A stretch of DNA of 64,000 bases from a virus. The first letter of the stretch is position 1, and the number at the start of each line of letters is the position of its first letter. Below are positions 28,362 through 37,391 of this stretch, piece by piece. The notes under the pieces were generated by a model. The model worked only from the letters and a program-made list of their open reading frames with translations. It was not told the DNA's origin and searched no databases. The stretch is from the IMG/VR virus record IMGVR_UViG_3300032156_000003, positions 1 to 64,000 of that record; one strand, written 5' to 3'. The position numbers were made by a program, and so were the translations under genes.

Positions 28362-29734
28362 TGGCGACACTCGGAGGACCGGCGCTGTGGGTTGAACTCA
28401 TCCAATCGGATGAGGGCGACCGCGTCATCGAAATCCCGGTGAACGCGCTGGCGTCTTTCGAGTTCACGGACACGGACGAAGGGACGGACGTCGCGAAGCT
28501 GTCGCTCCGAAACGATGACATGCGGTGGTACGACGAAGAGGCGTTCCGAGCCGGGCAGAAAATCAACCTCACGTGGGGGTGGGAATCCGGCATGTGTACG
28601 CCTCGGCGCATGGTCGTCAAGAAGCCTTCGCAGGGGTCCAACCCCATCACCATCACCATGCACGACGAAGGCGCGTTGCTCGACATCGTGCCGAAGAAAC
28701 GCCACTGGGCGGGCATGACGGACGGTCAGATAGCGTCGGCAATCGCCGACGAAAACGGGTACTCTGGAATCCTTCAAGACATCTCGATAACGACCGCCGT
28801 GCGTGAGGGGACAACGCAGGTCGGTACCGACGCAGCGTTTCTCACGACGCTCGCACGGCGCAACGGGTTCAAGTGGTGGGTGGATGGTACGGGGTTGCAT
28901 TGGGGCAACCGACCGACGGGCGCAACGCCGTCTGCGTTCTTCATCTATCGAAACGACCTGAGCGGGAACGTACTGTCGCAACCTGAAATCGAGGCGAATC
29001 TTTCGAAGGACGTCGCCAAGGTCAAGGTCGTGGCAATCGACCCGCTCACACGCAAGGAAGTCTCGGCGACGGTCGGAGTTGATGAAGGTGACGAGACGCT
29101 TGGTGACTACGTCAACAACATCATTTCACTAGGCAACGAAGACGAGGTGAGCAACCCGGATTCACCGGATGGCGCGCGGTCGGCTCGCGTATCTCGCGCC
29201 GTAGAGTTCAACCTTGGGTCCGCAACCGAAGAGGAAGTGGCCACCGAGGCGGAGCGCATATACCGCGAGACGGCGATGAACCGCTACAAGATGTCCACCT
29301 CGGTGCTCGGCGACGTCGCGCTAGGTGCGAAGCAGCTTCACCACTGGACCATGCCGAGCGAGACGATGACGGGGCTCTGGTACTGTAAGAAAGCCATCAC
29401 CAGTATCGAGCCGGGCAAGTACACGATCGGCCTGCACTACGTGAAGGACGCGCTCGGCAAGTTGTTCCTGTCGAAGATTCATCCGGTGTCGCGAAAGAAG
29501 AACGAACTGGACGAAAACGGAGTGCCGATCGACAAGGACGGGCTCACGAAAAAGGCGACCTACTTCGAGGAAAATGGTAAGCCGACTGCGGCATGGCACT
29601 ATGTTGACTCAAAAGACCAAACCGTCGGAAACGCCACCAAGATGAGCGTCGAGGACGTCGCTGCTCTGTCGCAGGCGGACCGCCTCGCGTTGGCGAACGC
29701 CAGCGCAGGGGCCATCATGTTGCCGGGTAAGTGA
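28361..29734 (+). CDS. Baseplate hub (P2 gpD / late control D-like)
   Basis: 'W...TDGQIASAIADENG...Q..TDAAFL..LARRNGF..WVDG..LHW' and 'GLWY'. Confidence 0.85.
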   Translation: MATLGGPALWVELIQSDEGDRVIEIPVNALASFEFTDTDEGTDVAKLSLRNDDMRWYDEEAFRAGQKINLTWGWESGMCTPRRMVVKKPSQGSNPITITMHDEGALLDIVPKKRHWAGMTDGQIASAIADENGYSGILQDISITTAVREGTTQVGTDAAFLTTLARRNGFKWWVDGTGLHWGNRPTGATPSAFFIYRNDLSGNVLSQPEIEANLSKDVAKVKVVAIDPLTRKEVSATVGVDEGDETLGDYVNNIISLGNEDEVSNPDSPDGARSARVSRAVEFNLGSATEEEVATEAERIYRETAMNRYKMSTSVLGDVALGAKQLHHWTMPSETMTGLWYCKKAITSIEPGKYTIGLHYVKDALGKLFLSKIHPVSRKKNELDENGVPIDKDGLTKKATYFEENGKPTAAWHYVDSKDQTVGNATKMSVEDVAALSQADRLALANASAGAIMLPGK

Positions 29735-29735
29735 C

Positions 29736-30290
29736 ATGAGCGACGCACTTCACGGCACCTACGAGGGCTTCGTTATCAAGCGCGAAGAGGGCGACGCGGC
29801 GACTGATACCCCGCTCGGACGCATCAAGATTCGCATCCCCGGCATGATGGAAGAGACGTCGTGGGCCTACCCGAGCGGATGGGGGAAGAACCAAAACGGA
29901 CCCGTTCCGCAACTCGGCGACATGGTCGAGGTATTCTTCATCGCGGGGCGGCGCGACTCCCCACGGTGGCGGCCGTCGCATCCAGGGCAGGGCGAGACGT
30001 TCCCCGAGTTCGTGCATCCCGACGTCGCGGTATGGGGAGATGATAACCTCCGAATCATCCGCGACCCGCGCGACGGGCAGAAGTACACGTGCATCCGCGC
30101 GATGGAGAAGGTGAACGGCGTTGACGATGTGCTCGTCGAAATCTTCATCTCTCACGAAGGGCGCGCGCTTCGCATATACGGAGGTGCAGGGATAAAAATC
30201 GAGAGTGAGGGGGAGTTGTCCATAGATTCGAGTGGCGACGTTGACGTGCAAGGTCGGAAGGTCTTGCCGCGCAACAAGCCGCTCGCGTGA
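29736..30290 (+). CDS. Baseplate spike (gpV / gp5 OB-fold)
   Basis: 'LGRIKIRIPG...WAYP...VPQLGDMVEVFFIAG...P.W'. Confidence 0.85.
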   Translation: MSDALHGTYEGFVIKREEGDAATDTPLGRIKIRIPGMMEETSWAYPSGWGKNQNGPVPQLGDMVEVFFIAGRRDSPRWRPSHPGQGETFPEFVHPDVAVWGDDNLRIIRDPRDGQKYTCIRAMEKVNGVDDVLVEIFISHEGRALRIYGGAGIKIESEGELSIDSSGDVDVQGRKVLPRNKPLA

Positions 30291-30298
30291 GGTAGAAC

Positions 30299-31087
30299 GT
30301 GGCAGCGCCGAACGTCTGGAAGCCGGTCAACGATTTGGTGTGTCCGTTCCTGACACCCGTTGGGAGCATCGATGACATCTGCTTTCCGGGCGGTCTGTGT
30401 CTCTCTGCAATTCGCCCGCCGGACGATTACCCGCGCATCTCCGATCTAGTCATGGCGCAGTTGGCGCAGATCGGCCCGGCGATGGCACCGCTCAAGCCGT
30501 TCTTCGACGTGCTCGATACGGCGCTGGCCATCTTCAAGTGCATCGAGGCGATACCGGATTGCATCACCAAACTGGACCCAAGCGGGCTCATTAATTGCAT
30601 TCCAGACCTCGTGGAGAAAATCAACCAACTGCTCTCGCTGATACCACAGCTGACGATACCGCGCCTCATCATCCAGTTGATTCGCAACCTCGCGGCGTTT
30701 CTGCGGTCGCTTGCCGATGACCTGGACTACCTCAAGCAACGGCTGGCGATGGTGGCACAGGCTATCAGCCGTGCGGCGGACCTGAACGACGTGACGTGGA
30801 GCGGTTTTCTGCAATGTGCAGAGCAAACCGTTACGGATGAATTGGATGCGTTGGCGCAGGCGTTACAGATGCTGGGCCGTATCATTCTGCTCGCCAATAT
30901 CATGCTCTCTTTGATTTCCGGTGCGCCTGAGATTCCGTGCTTTGGTACAATGATGCAAGACATTGCCGTGCTTGATGATGTCATCGCGGCGATTCGCGCT
31001 CTGGCTGCGTTGCTCGAAGAATTGGCGAACAAGATACCTGACCCGGAGATGGCAATAACTCTGCTGCTCAAGGGCGAGAAATGTTGA
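30299..31087 (+). CDS. Hypothetical, mainly helical protein in the baseplate cluster
   Basis: 262 aa, Leu/Ile/Ala-rich amphipathic helices. Confidence 0.65.
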   Translation: MAAPNVWKPVNDLVCPFLTPVGSIDDICFPGGLCLSAIRPPDDYPRISDLVMAQLAQIGPAMAPLKPFFDVLDTALAIFKCIEAIPDCITKLDPSGLINCIPDLVEKINQLLSLIPQLTIPRLIIQLIRNLAAFLRSLADDLDYLKQRLAMVAQAISRAADLNDVTWSGFLQCAEQTVTDELDALAQALQMLGRIILLANIMLSLISGAPEIPCFGTMMQDIAVLDDVIAAIRALAALLEELANKIPDPEMAITLLLKGEKC

Positions 31088-31094
31088 GGTCGAC

Positions 31095-31481
31095 ATGAGC
31101 GACGAGGAAGGACGGTTTGGGGTTGGATTGGCGATGCCGTTTGGCTTCGCATCCACTGACTTAAAGCAGGCTACGGGGACGCGGTTGCTTGAGATGAACC
31201 TCACCTTGGAGGTCGGAACGAAGCGTGGAGAACTCCCGTGGGATATGCACAGAGGTTCTCGCCTACACTTGCTCAAGCACACGAAAGTAGGGAAGACGGC
31301 TCGTATCGCATTGGCCGGATACCTCATGCAAGAAGCGCTTGCGTCTGACAATCGGATACGAGCTGGTGCAACCGAAGTGACCGGAACGGGTGGAGAGTTG
31401 CGGGTATCGACGGCATACGTTGAGCGTCGGTACAATGGAAGTGGCGGCGAGGGTCGGATAGATTACGAGGTGCCTGCGTGA
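31095..31481 (+). CDS. Baseplate wedge protein (gp25 / gpW-like)
   Basis: 'GELPW...GSRLHLLKH...EALA..D.RI'; precedes baseplate J. Confidence 0.75.
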   Translation: MSDEEGRFGVGLAMPFGFASTDLKQATGTRLLEMNLTLEVGTKRGELPWDMHRGSRLHLLKHTKVGKTARIALAGYLMQEALASDNRIRAGATEVTGTGGELRVSTAYVERRYNGSGGEGRIDYEVPA

Positions 31482-32986
31482 CATTCGAAGCCGAAAATTA
31501 CGACCACACGGGGCGCGATCAACCAGCTCTTGACGCTCGTCTGCAAAGTTTGTTTTTGTCCGTGTTCCCGGCGTGGACTGATACGACAACCCGCAACATG
31601 GCAAACGTCATTCGCAGTGGTTCTGCGTGGGTCAGTTCCGTCAACGACTACTACATGACGCGCAAGGCGCGCGGTGCATACGTCCCAACGGCAACAGAAC
31701 GCCGGGATATGATAGCACTCGGGAAACGCCAGAGTTACGAGATGTCGGGAGCACAGGCCGCGACGTGCGACTTGACCGCAACGCTACTCAACGGGCCTCT
31801 CGCTGGCGACGTGACGTTCTCAATTAACGACAAGGTGCAAACCGAAGATGTCGTCAACCCTGTCATCGGTGAGGTGCAAGCGACGGTCGTCATGGCAGCA
31901 GGCGCGACCACGGCAACTCTTTCGTGGAGGCACTGTCAGTCGAAAACGCAGACGTACACCGCGACAATCAACGCGAACCAAGAAGTATTCCTATCGGAAG
32001 GTCCGTACCTTGAAGATTCAGTGGCGTTCTCCACTGGACTCGGCGCGTGGACCGAAGTCGATTCGCTCGCTCTGTCTGGACCGACAGACCGTAACTTCGA
32101 GGTGTTGGTTGACCAGAACGACCGCGCAACGGTGCGGTTTGGCGACGGCGTTAACGGCGCCGTGCCGACCGGTACGTTCACCATCTCCTACAAGACGGGA
32201 GGAGGGTTGACCGGGAATGTCGCCGAGAATACCATCAAGAAGTTCGGCAAGACCTACGCCGACACGTTCGGGACACAGGCCATCTTTTCGGTTACGAACG
32301 CGGCGAAGGCGTCCGGAGGACTTGCACGCGAGACTGTCAATGCAGCTCGACAGCAAATCCCGTTGTCGAACACGTCTCCACGAACGACCGTAACCAGGTC
32401 CGATTTCGAGGTGCACGCTCTTGAAGTGCCGTCTGTTGCCCGAGCTCTCATGCTGTCGAGTGACGAGGACCTTGCAATCCCGGAAGTGGAAGGACGATTA
32501 TACGTCGTTCCGGCGGGAGGTGGTGTGGCGAGTCAGGCTCTTCTCGACTCGGTCGAGACGATGGTCACAGTCACGTATCCTATGCTCACGAACTACAGCG
32601 TGCTCATCTCGACAGCAAGCTACCTCACAGTGAACGTGCGCGCCGTCATCTGGATTGCGGCGAACTACTCGGCGACGGCTGTCAAGACGGCTATACTCGC
32701 GGCGCTCGCTGCCTACTTCAACCCACTGTCCACGGACGGTAGCGCAAACACGCTAATCGATTTCGGCTACAACTATCGCGACGTCAACGACCTACCGTGT
32801 GGTGAAATTGCTCTATCGGATCTGTTCAACCTCATCCGCGATATTCCTGGAGTGAGGAAAATCGGCACGGGACTAGACGATTTCACGCTGAACGGCGCGC
32901 ACTCGGACCCGCCGATCTCAAATTGGCAGTTTCCAGAACTCGGTTCTGTCGTGTTGGTCAACGGCGCGACTGGAAATGTGATTTGA
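31478..32986 (+). CDS. Baseplate J-like protein
   Basis: 'VRFGDGVNGAVP...YKTGGG..GNV...ASGG...E...R.VT..DFE..A..VPSVARA'. Confidence 0.9.
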   Translation: MTFEAENYDHTGRDQPALDARLQSLFLSVFPAWTDTTTRNMANVIRSGSAWVSSVNDYYMTRKARGAYVPTATERRDMIALGKRQSYEMSGAQAATCDLTATLLNGPLAGDVTFSINDKVQTEDVVNPVIGEVQATVVMAAGATTATLSWRHCQSKTQTYTATINANQEVFLSEGPYLEDSVAFSTGLGAWTEVDSLALSGPTDRNFEVLVDQNDRATVRFGDGVNGAVPTGTFTISYKTGGGLTGNVAENTIKKFGKTYADTFGTQAIFSVTNAAKASGGLARETVNAARQQIPLSNTSPRTTVTRSDFEVHALEVPSVARALMLSSDEDLAIPEVEGRLYVVPAGGGVASQALLDSVETMVTVTYPMLTNYSVLISTASYLTVNVRAVIWIAANYSATAVKTAILAALAAYFNPLSTDGSANTLIDFGYNYRDVNDLPCGEIALSDLFNLIRDIPGVRKIGTGLDDFTLNGAHSDPPISNWQFPELGSVVLVNGATGNVI

Positions 32987-32987
32987 C

Positions 32988-35522
32988 ATGGCGAATGTCG
33001 TTCTCAATCCGCTCTTCGCGACAGCCGACCCGCTTGGTGAGCCTGGAGAGGCGGAGAACTGGGATCGAGTCTCGCACCAACACTATCCGGGCTTCGCTAA
33101 ATTCCGACAGCCGCATTCGTTCTACGCGACCTCAGAGCGGTTTCAGTTCGAGGACGCACCGGCGCGGGTTGTGGGTACTGAGCCGTTTGAGTACGGGCGC
33201 GCGACGGCTGTCGGGTTAACGACAACGCTGACCGATTCGACGAAGAGTTGGACGGTCAACGAGTGGACGGGGCATACTTTCCGCATCGTCTCCGGTACTG
33301 GGTTCGGCTATGCGGACGTCACGGTTGCGACAAACGACGCTACTACTCTGACATATGCAGCGCAGTTGTTCACACCCGACACGACGTCGCGCTACATCAT
33401 GAACAAGCCGTTCGTGTTGCCCACAACTCCGCAGTGGACGTTCCCCGTGGCTGCCGTCTTCGTATTGCCGACGAACGCAATCCAATTCAACGGCGTTGAC
33501 CTGCGGGCGGCCATCCCACCGGGTTCGAGTTTCCAGGTCGTCGGCACCCCACCGGATACGCAACTGGACGGGTACTGGACCGTAGTCAGCATCTCGCTTG
33601 TCGGCGCGGATTCCGTTGTCTATGTGTCGGAAGACGTGCTCGCCATGGCACCGGGCGCGGTCGCAAACCTCCCGCCTGTCCTCGCGTGTACGGCGCACGA
33701 ACACGCGTCCCAGGCGAGCGTCACGGACACGACGGCGTACCCGGTTGCCCCGCTCGGGGCAGGTCAGACAATCGAGGTGCGGATAGACCGTGGCGACGCG
33801 CAGATGATAGCATTTCTCGGTGGCGAGACAACGGCGCAGAACGTTGCGGAAGTCATTGATGAACTTCTAGTTGGCGGATGGGCTCGCGTCACGGGTGGGC
33901 AGGTGCAAGTCTACTCGGATGCTCGCGGGCCGACGTCGTTTGTTCAGGTCGAACCAATTACTGCCGGACTAACGTTCGATATTCATGAGTCGCGCGGTTA
34001 CGGACAGTGGGCGCAAATGTGGCCGCTGTATTTCGTCAACGCGGCGGATGCCACGACGGCAGAAATCGCGGACGTCCTCGGTGAGCACTGGCACCACATT
34101 CGGGTACGGTATCCGGGCGGCGCGGCCGGTGACGCGGTGCATGTCGAGACGGACCGCAAGGGCGCGACGGCGACACTGTTCATCAATGACACTGTTGGAG
34201 GATTCCATGACGCGGCGGTTTGGCCGATTCCGGCGAGAATCACGGTCGGTCCATTTGCGAACAACATTCTCACGTTCGATGTTGATGGTTCTGGAGTTGT
34301 TATCACTTTGCTTGCTGGCGATGTCACCCCGGAACTCGTGTCAGGGGCGATCTCGGCAGATTTCGTTGCGGCCGGTGTAGACGCCACTTCGACCTACAGC
34401 GCCGATCGCGTGTACGTCGACAGCCGACTCCCGCTGGTTTGCACAGGGGGAACGGCGAACCCGGACATCGGATTCCCCGCGACGTTCACGACTTACGGTG
34501 GCGGGACGACTGCGCGCATTGTCGGGCTTGCTGGTGCGACGGCGGTAGGTGTTGACGATGTCGGTTGGTTCTCAGATTTCAGCGACGTGACGAGCGTCTT
34601 TGCACTGTTCTCTGCGGATTCTCCGGTCGCGTTAAATGCGGACACGTTCGCGTGGTCCGAGATTTATGCGACGATGGACTCGGTAACTAACTACTACGCT
34701 CCGTTTGCGAGTTTCTACGGACCCACCTGGACCGTCCTTCGCGAGTCGTTTGACGAGGCGTGGGCAAACGAATGGATCGAAACATACAATCCGTTCACGC
34801 CGGTTGCGGGCGCATGGAAGCCACCTGGCATGTCACCATCCGCCCAGATTATCGGGCGCGAGTTGACGTTCCCGCTGACAGTGCGGAGCAACGCGAATAA
34901 ACTGACCATCCGCAGTGAGACGGACGCGATGTGGTACACCGTGACGCTGACAGGTGGAATATACGCGACGATTGCAGCATTGGTGGCGCATCTCAATGTG
35001 CAACTGGTCGTGACTGGCATCACAGACGACGTAATTTTTGGATACCACGGGAATTCATTGACTCTTGGATGGGACGGCACGGCGAACGCGGACGGAGCAC
35101 TCCATTTGGCGAGCGGGATTGGCCTTGTGGCAGGAGCGGACGTGCGGACTACATTAGGGCTGTGGCCCCTCGCCCCGGACACTGGCGCTGCGTCTGTTGC
35201 CGTTCCAGGTGGGTTCTACGATGGCGACCCTGTCGGTACGTGGGATGCCAGCAACCAGTACGGTGTGGACCCGTTCTCCAGGTTGGTGTTCGACACGGTG
35301 CAAGACCCGGACTTGGCGACGTGGCATCCGCAAACAAACGGGGACCTGTCAGCGCTGTTCAACACGACGAAGCCATCGCCAGATTCCTACGCCGAAAGGT
35401 TCGCGTTCCCGAACTGGTACGGGGCCTACGTGACTCCTGGGGCGGGTTCCATTTGGACGGCGGCGATTTTCGACGCGACGATTGCACCTGAAATCTACGA
35501 AGATTTCGAGGAAGGTTGGTAG
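32988..35522 (+). CDS. Large modular baseplate/tail-associated protein
   Basis: 844 aa; several GGTAN-type modules and one GTG...PDTTS.Y repeat. Confidence 0.7.
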   Translation: MANVVLNPLFATADPLGEPGEAENWDRVSHQHYPGFAKFRQPHSFYATSERFQFEDAPARVVGTEPFEYGRATAVGLTTTLTDSTKSWTVNEWTGHTFRIVSGTGFGYADVTVATNDATTLTYAAQLFTPDTTSRYIMNKPFVLPTTPQWTFPVAAVFVLPTNAIQFNGVDLRAAIPPGSSFQVVGTPPDTQLDGYWTVVSISLVGADSVVYVSEDVLAMAPGAVANLPPVLACTAHEHASQASVTDTTAYPVAPLGAGQTIEVRIDRGDAQMIAFLGGETTAQNVAEVIDELLVGGWARVTGGQVQVYSDARGPTSFVQVEPITAGLTFDIHESRGYGQWAQMWPLYFVNAADATTAEIADVLGEHWHHIRVRYPGGAAGDAVHVETDRKGATATLFINDTVGGFHDAAVWPIPARITVGPFANNILTFDVDGSGVVITLLAGDVTPELVSGAISADFVAAGVDATSTYSADRVYVDSRLPLVCTGGTANPDIGFPATFTTYGGGTTARIVGLAGATAVGVDDVGWFSDFSDVTSVFALFSADSPVALNADTFAWSEIYATMDSVTNYYAPFASFYGPTWTVLRESFDEAWANEWIETYNPFTPVAGAWKPPGMSPSAQIIGRELTFPLTVRSNANKLTIRSETDAMWYTVTLTGGIYATIAALVAHLNVQLVVTGITDDVIFGYHGNSLTLGWDGTANADGALHLASGIGLVAGADVRTTLGLWPLAPDTGAASVAVPGGFYDGDPVGTWDASNQYGVDPFSRLVFDTVQDPDLATWHPQTNGDLSALFNTTKPSPDSYAERFAFPNWYGAYVTPGAGSIWTAAIFDATIAPEIYEDFEEGW

Positions 35523-35525
35523 GCT

Positions 35526-36233
35526 ATGGCCGATGCAGATTGGGCCGCGCTGGACAATGAACTCGGATTTGCGGACGTCGCGCAGGACACAACCGCTGGG
35601 GTCACGCCTCCGAACGGTGGCGGGACGCACGTCTACGCCTTCAACTGTCTAGACGGGACGGTGACTGGTGCTGCGGGGAAATACTGCATCATCGCCAACT
35701 ACTCTCCGACGGTGAGCGGTGCGTGGATCGCCGGGGCGGTCAAGCGGCTGTCGAGTGCACAGAACACGGGATTCTCTCCGTTCCTGTGCGTCGCGGCGAC
35801 TGGGCACGATACTGCCGACAACGGCTACCTCATCGGATTAGAGGACGCGGACCCGTACAGGATTGTTCTGCGCAAGGGGACAATCATCGGCGGGATTCCC
35901 GTGGCGGCCGACGGGGAATACCTGCGGCGGTCCTCGTCTCAGTACCAGATCTCGGACGACCTGTGGCACCACATCGCAGTCGAGGCGGTGGAGCAGCCGA
36001 ACGGAGAAATCTACCTGAACTGTTGGGAGTCCGACCTCGTGGCTCACGCGGTGACGGCTCCCGTGTGGACGGCCATCTCCGGCATGACGCAGTTCATAGA
36101 CGACGCGGTTGGAATCAACTCGGGCACGTTGCCGTTGAGCGGCGGTGGGTACTGCGGCTATGCGATGGCGGTTGCAGAGGCAATCGGCACGCGGGCGGCA
36201 TTTGACCACATACAGATTCGGCGACAGGTCTGA
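35526..36233 (+). CDS. Beta-sandwich (lectin-like) virion protein
   Basis: 'WHHIAVE...AAFDHIQI' ConA-like pattern; position in tail cluster. Confidence 0.6.
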   Translation: MADADWAALDNELGFADVAQDTTAGVTPPNGGGTHVYAFNCLDGTVTGAAGKYCIIANYSPTVSGAWIAGAVKRLSSAQNTGFSPFLCVAATGHDTADNGYLIGLEDADPYRIVLRKGTIIGGIPVAADGEYLRRSSSQYQISDDLWHHIAVEAVEQPNGEIYLNCWESDLVAHAVTAPVWTAISGMTQFIDDAVGINSGTLPLSGGGYCGYAMAVAEAIGTRAAFDHIQIRRQV

Positions 36234-36236
36234 TAG

Positions 36237-37391
36237 GTGTCGAGCGCGCCGACACTTCCGGGACCGGCTCCGGCGGCAACGTCACTTGTCCGAGAGGACG
36301 GGACGTGGTTCGACGCGGGAGTTGGTACGTTGTGCGGACGCATCTCTGCGGCGGGGTACGTGCTCGGGCTGTCGGCGAGCGTTGACCGACCGACGTTGTA
36401 TCCAGGTGACTACATCGAAAACACGCAGGTTGTGGACCTCACGGGACAAGACATCGTTGCGCTTGCGGCCGAGATGACGGGTCTTGTAGTGCCGACCGGT
36501 ATTGAGATGCCGGGGTACACGACTGGCACGGACTCACTTTTGCACTACCGAATGGACGAGGTGAGCGGCGGGGCGCGCGATGAAGTCGATTGGAGTCACG
36601 ACCTGCGGATGGCGGACGGCCTCATATCACCGTCGGTGCCTGCGTACAATCTCGGGTATGGACTCGCGCGCACGTGGGGTGCGGGCGCAGGTGATATGGT
36701 CGGCGAGAACGACCCGCAGATTATACCTGCTGCTGGACTGCCGTCGTATACCGTCGATTGGTGGCAGAATTTCGACGTCGCTAGCATCGCGACAAGCAAC
36801 GGAGTGAGCCCGACAGTGTTTCAGTTGAGGTCCGTGACGGCGGGAGGATTTCGGATTCTGTGGGGTGGACTCTCGGGCATGGGTGCGCATACGTGGCGGC
36901 TCTACATTGAGCACTGGAACTCCGGGGTCTACTCGGCACAGAACCTCATCGCTACGGCGCGAGCGGCGAACCAAGGCAACGAGTTCTTTTCGGTTGCGTT
37001 TGACGATACGACGATGGCGGCGCGGGTCTACATCAACGGCGCGCTGGTCGCGACCACCGGGGCGTTCGCCGTAGCACCTGGACAGCCTCTTGTCGGCGCG
37101 CGAATTCATGTCGGCGACCCTCTGTACAGGGGCGTCATAGATGACGTGCGGCTGTCGAACACGAACCACAATCTGGCTACGCATCAAGCAGCATACGCTA
37201 CGCGGTTGAACGCGCCGGTTATCTACGACGTTAGTTGGTGGCTTCATATCGACATAGATGATGAGCACTACGCGAGCTGCAAAATCACGGCGGACTCCAG
37301 CGGACGCCCGGCGTACCTGAACGCACCGACTGGAATCGTTCTCGGCGTGCACACATTGTCGTGTCGTCTCGAATTAGGGGCCGGTGCATGA
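36237..37391 (+). CDS. LamG / ConA-like domain tail protein
   Basis: 'HYRMDE...RVYINGALV...YRGVIDDVRLSN'. Confidence 0.75.
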   Translation: MSSAPTLPGPAPAATSLVREDGTWFDAGVGTLCGRISAAGYVLGLSASVDRPTLYPGDYIENTQVVDLTGQDIVALAAEMTGLVVPTGIEMPGYTTGTDSLLHYRMDEVSGGARDEVDWSHDLRMADGLISPSVPAYNLGYGLARTWGAGAGDMVGENDPQIIPAAGLPSYTVDWWQNFDVASIATSNGVSPTVFQLRSVTAGGFRILWGGLSGMGAHTWRLYIEHWNSGVYSAQNLIATARAANQGNEFFSVAFDDTTMAARVYINGALVATTGAFAVAPGQPLVGARIHVGDPLYRGVIDDVRLSNTNHNLATHQAAYATRLNAPVIYDVSWWLHIDIDDEHYASCKITADSSGRPAYLNAPTGIVLGVHTLSCRLELGAGA

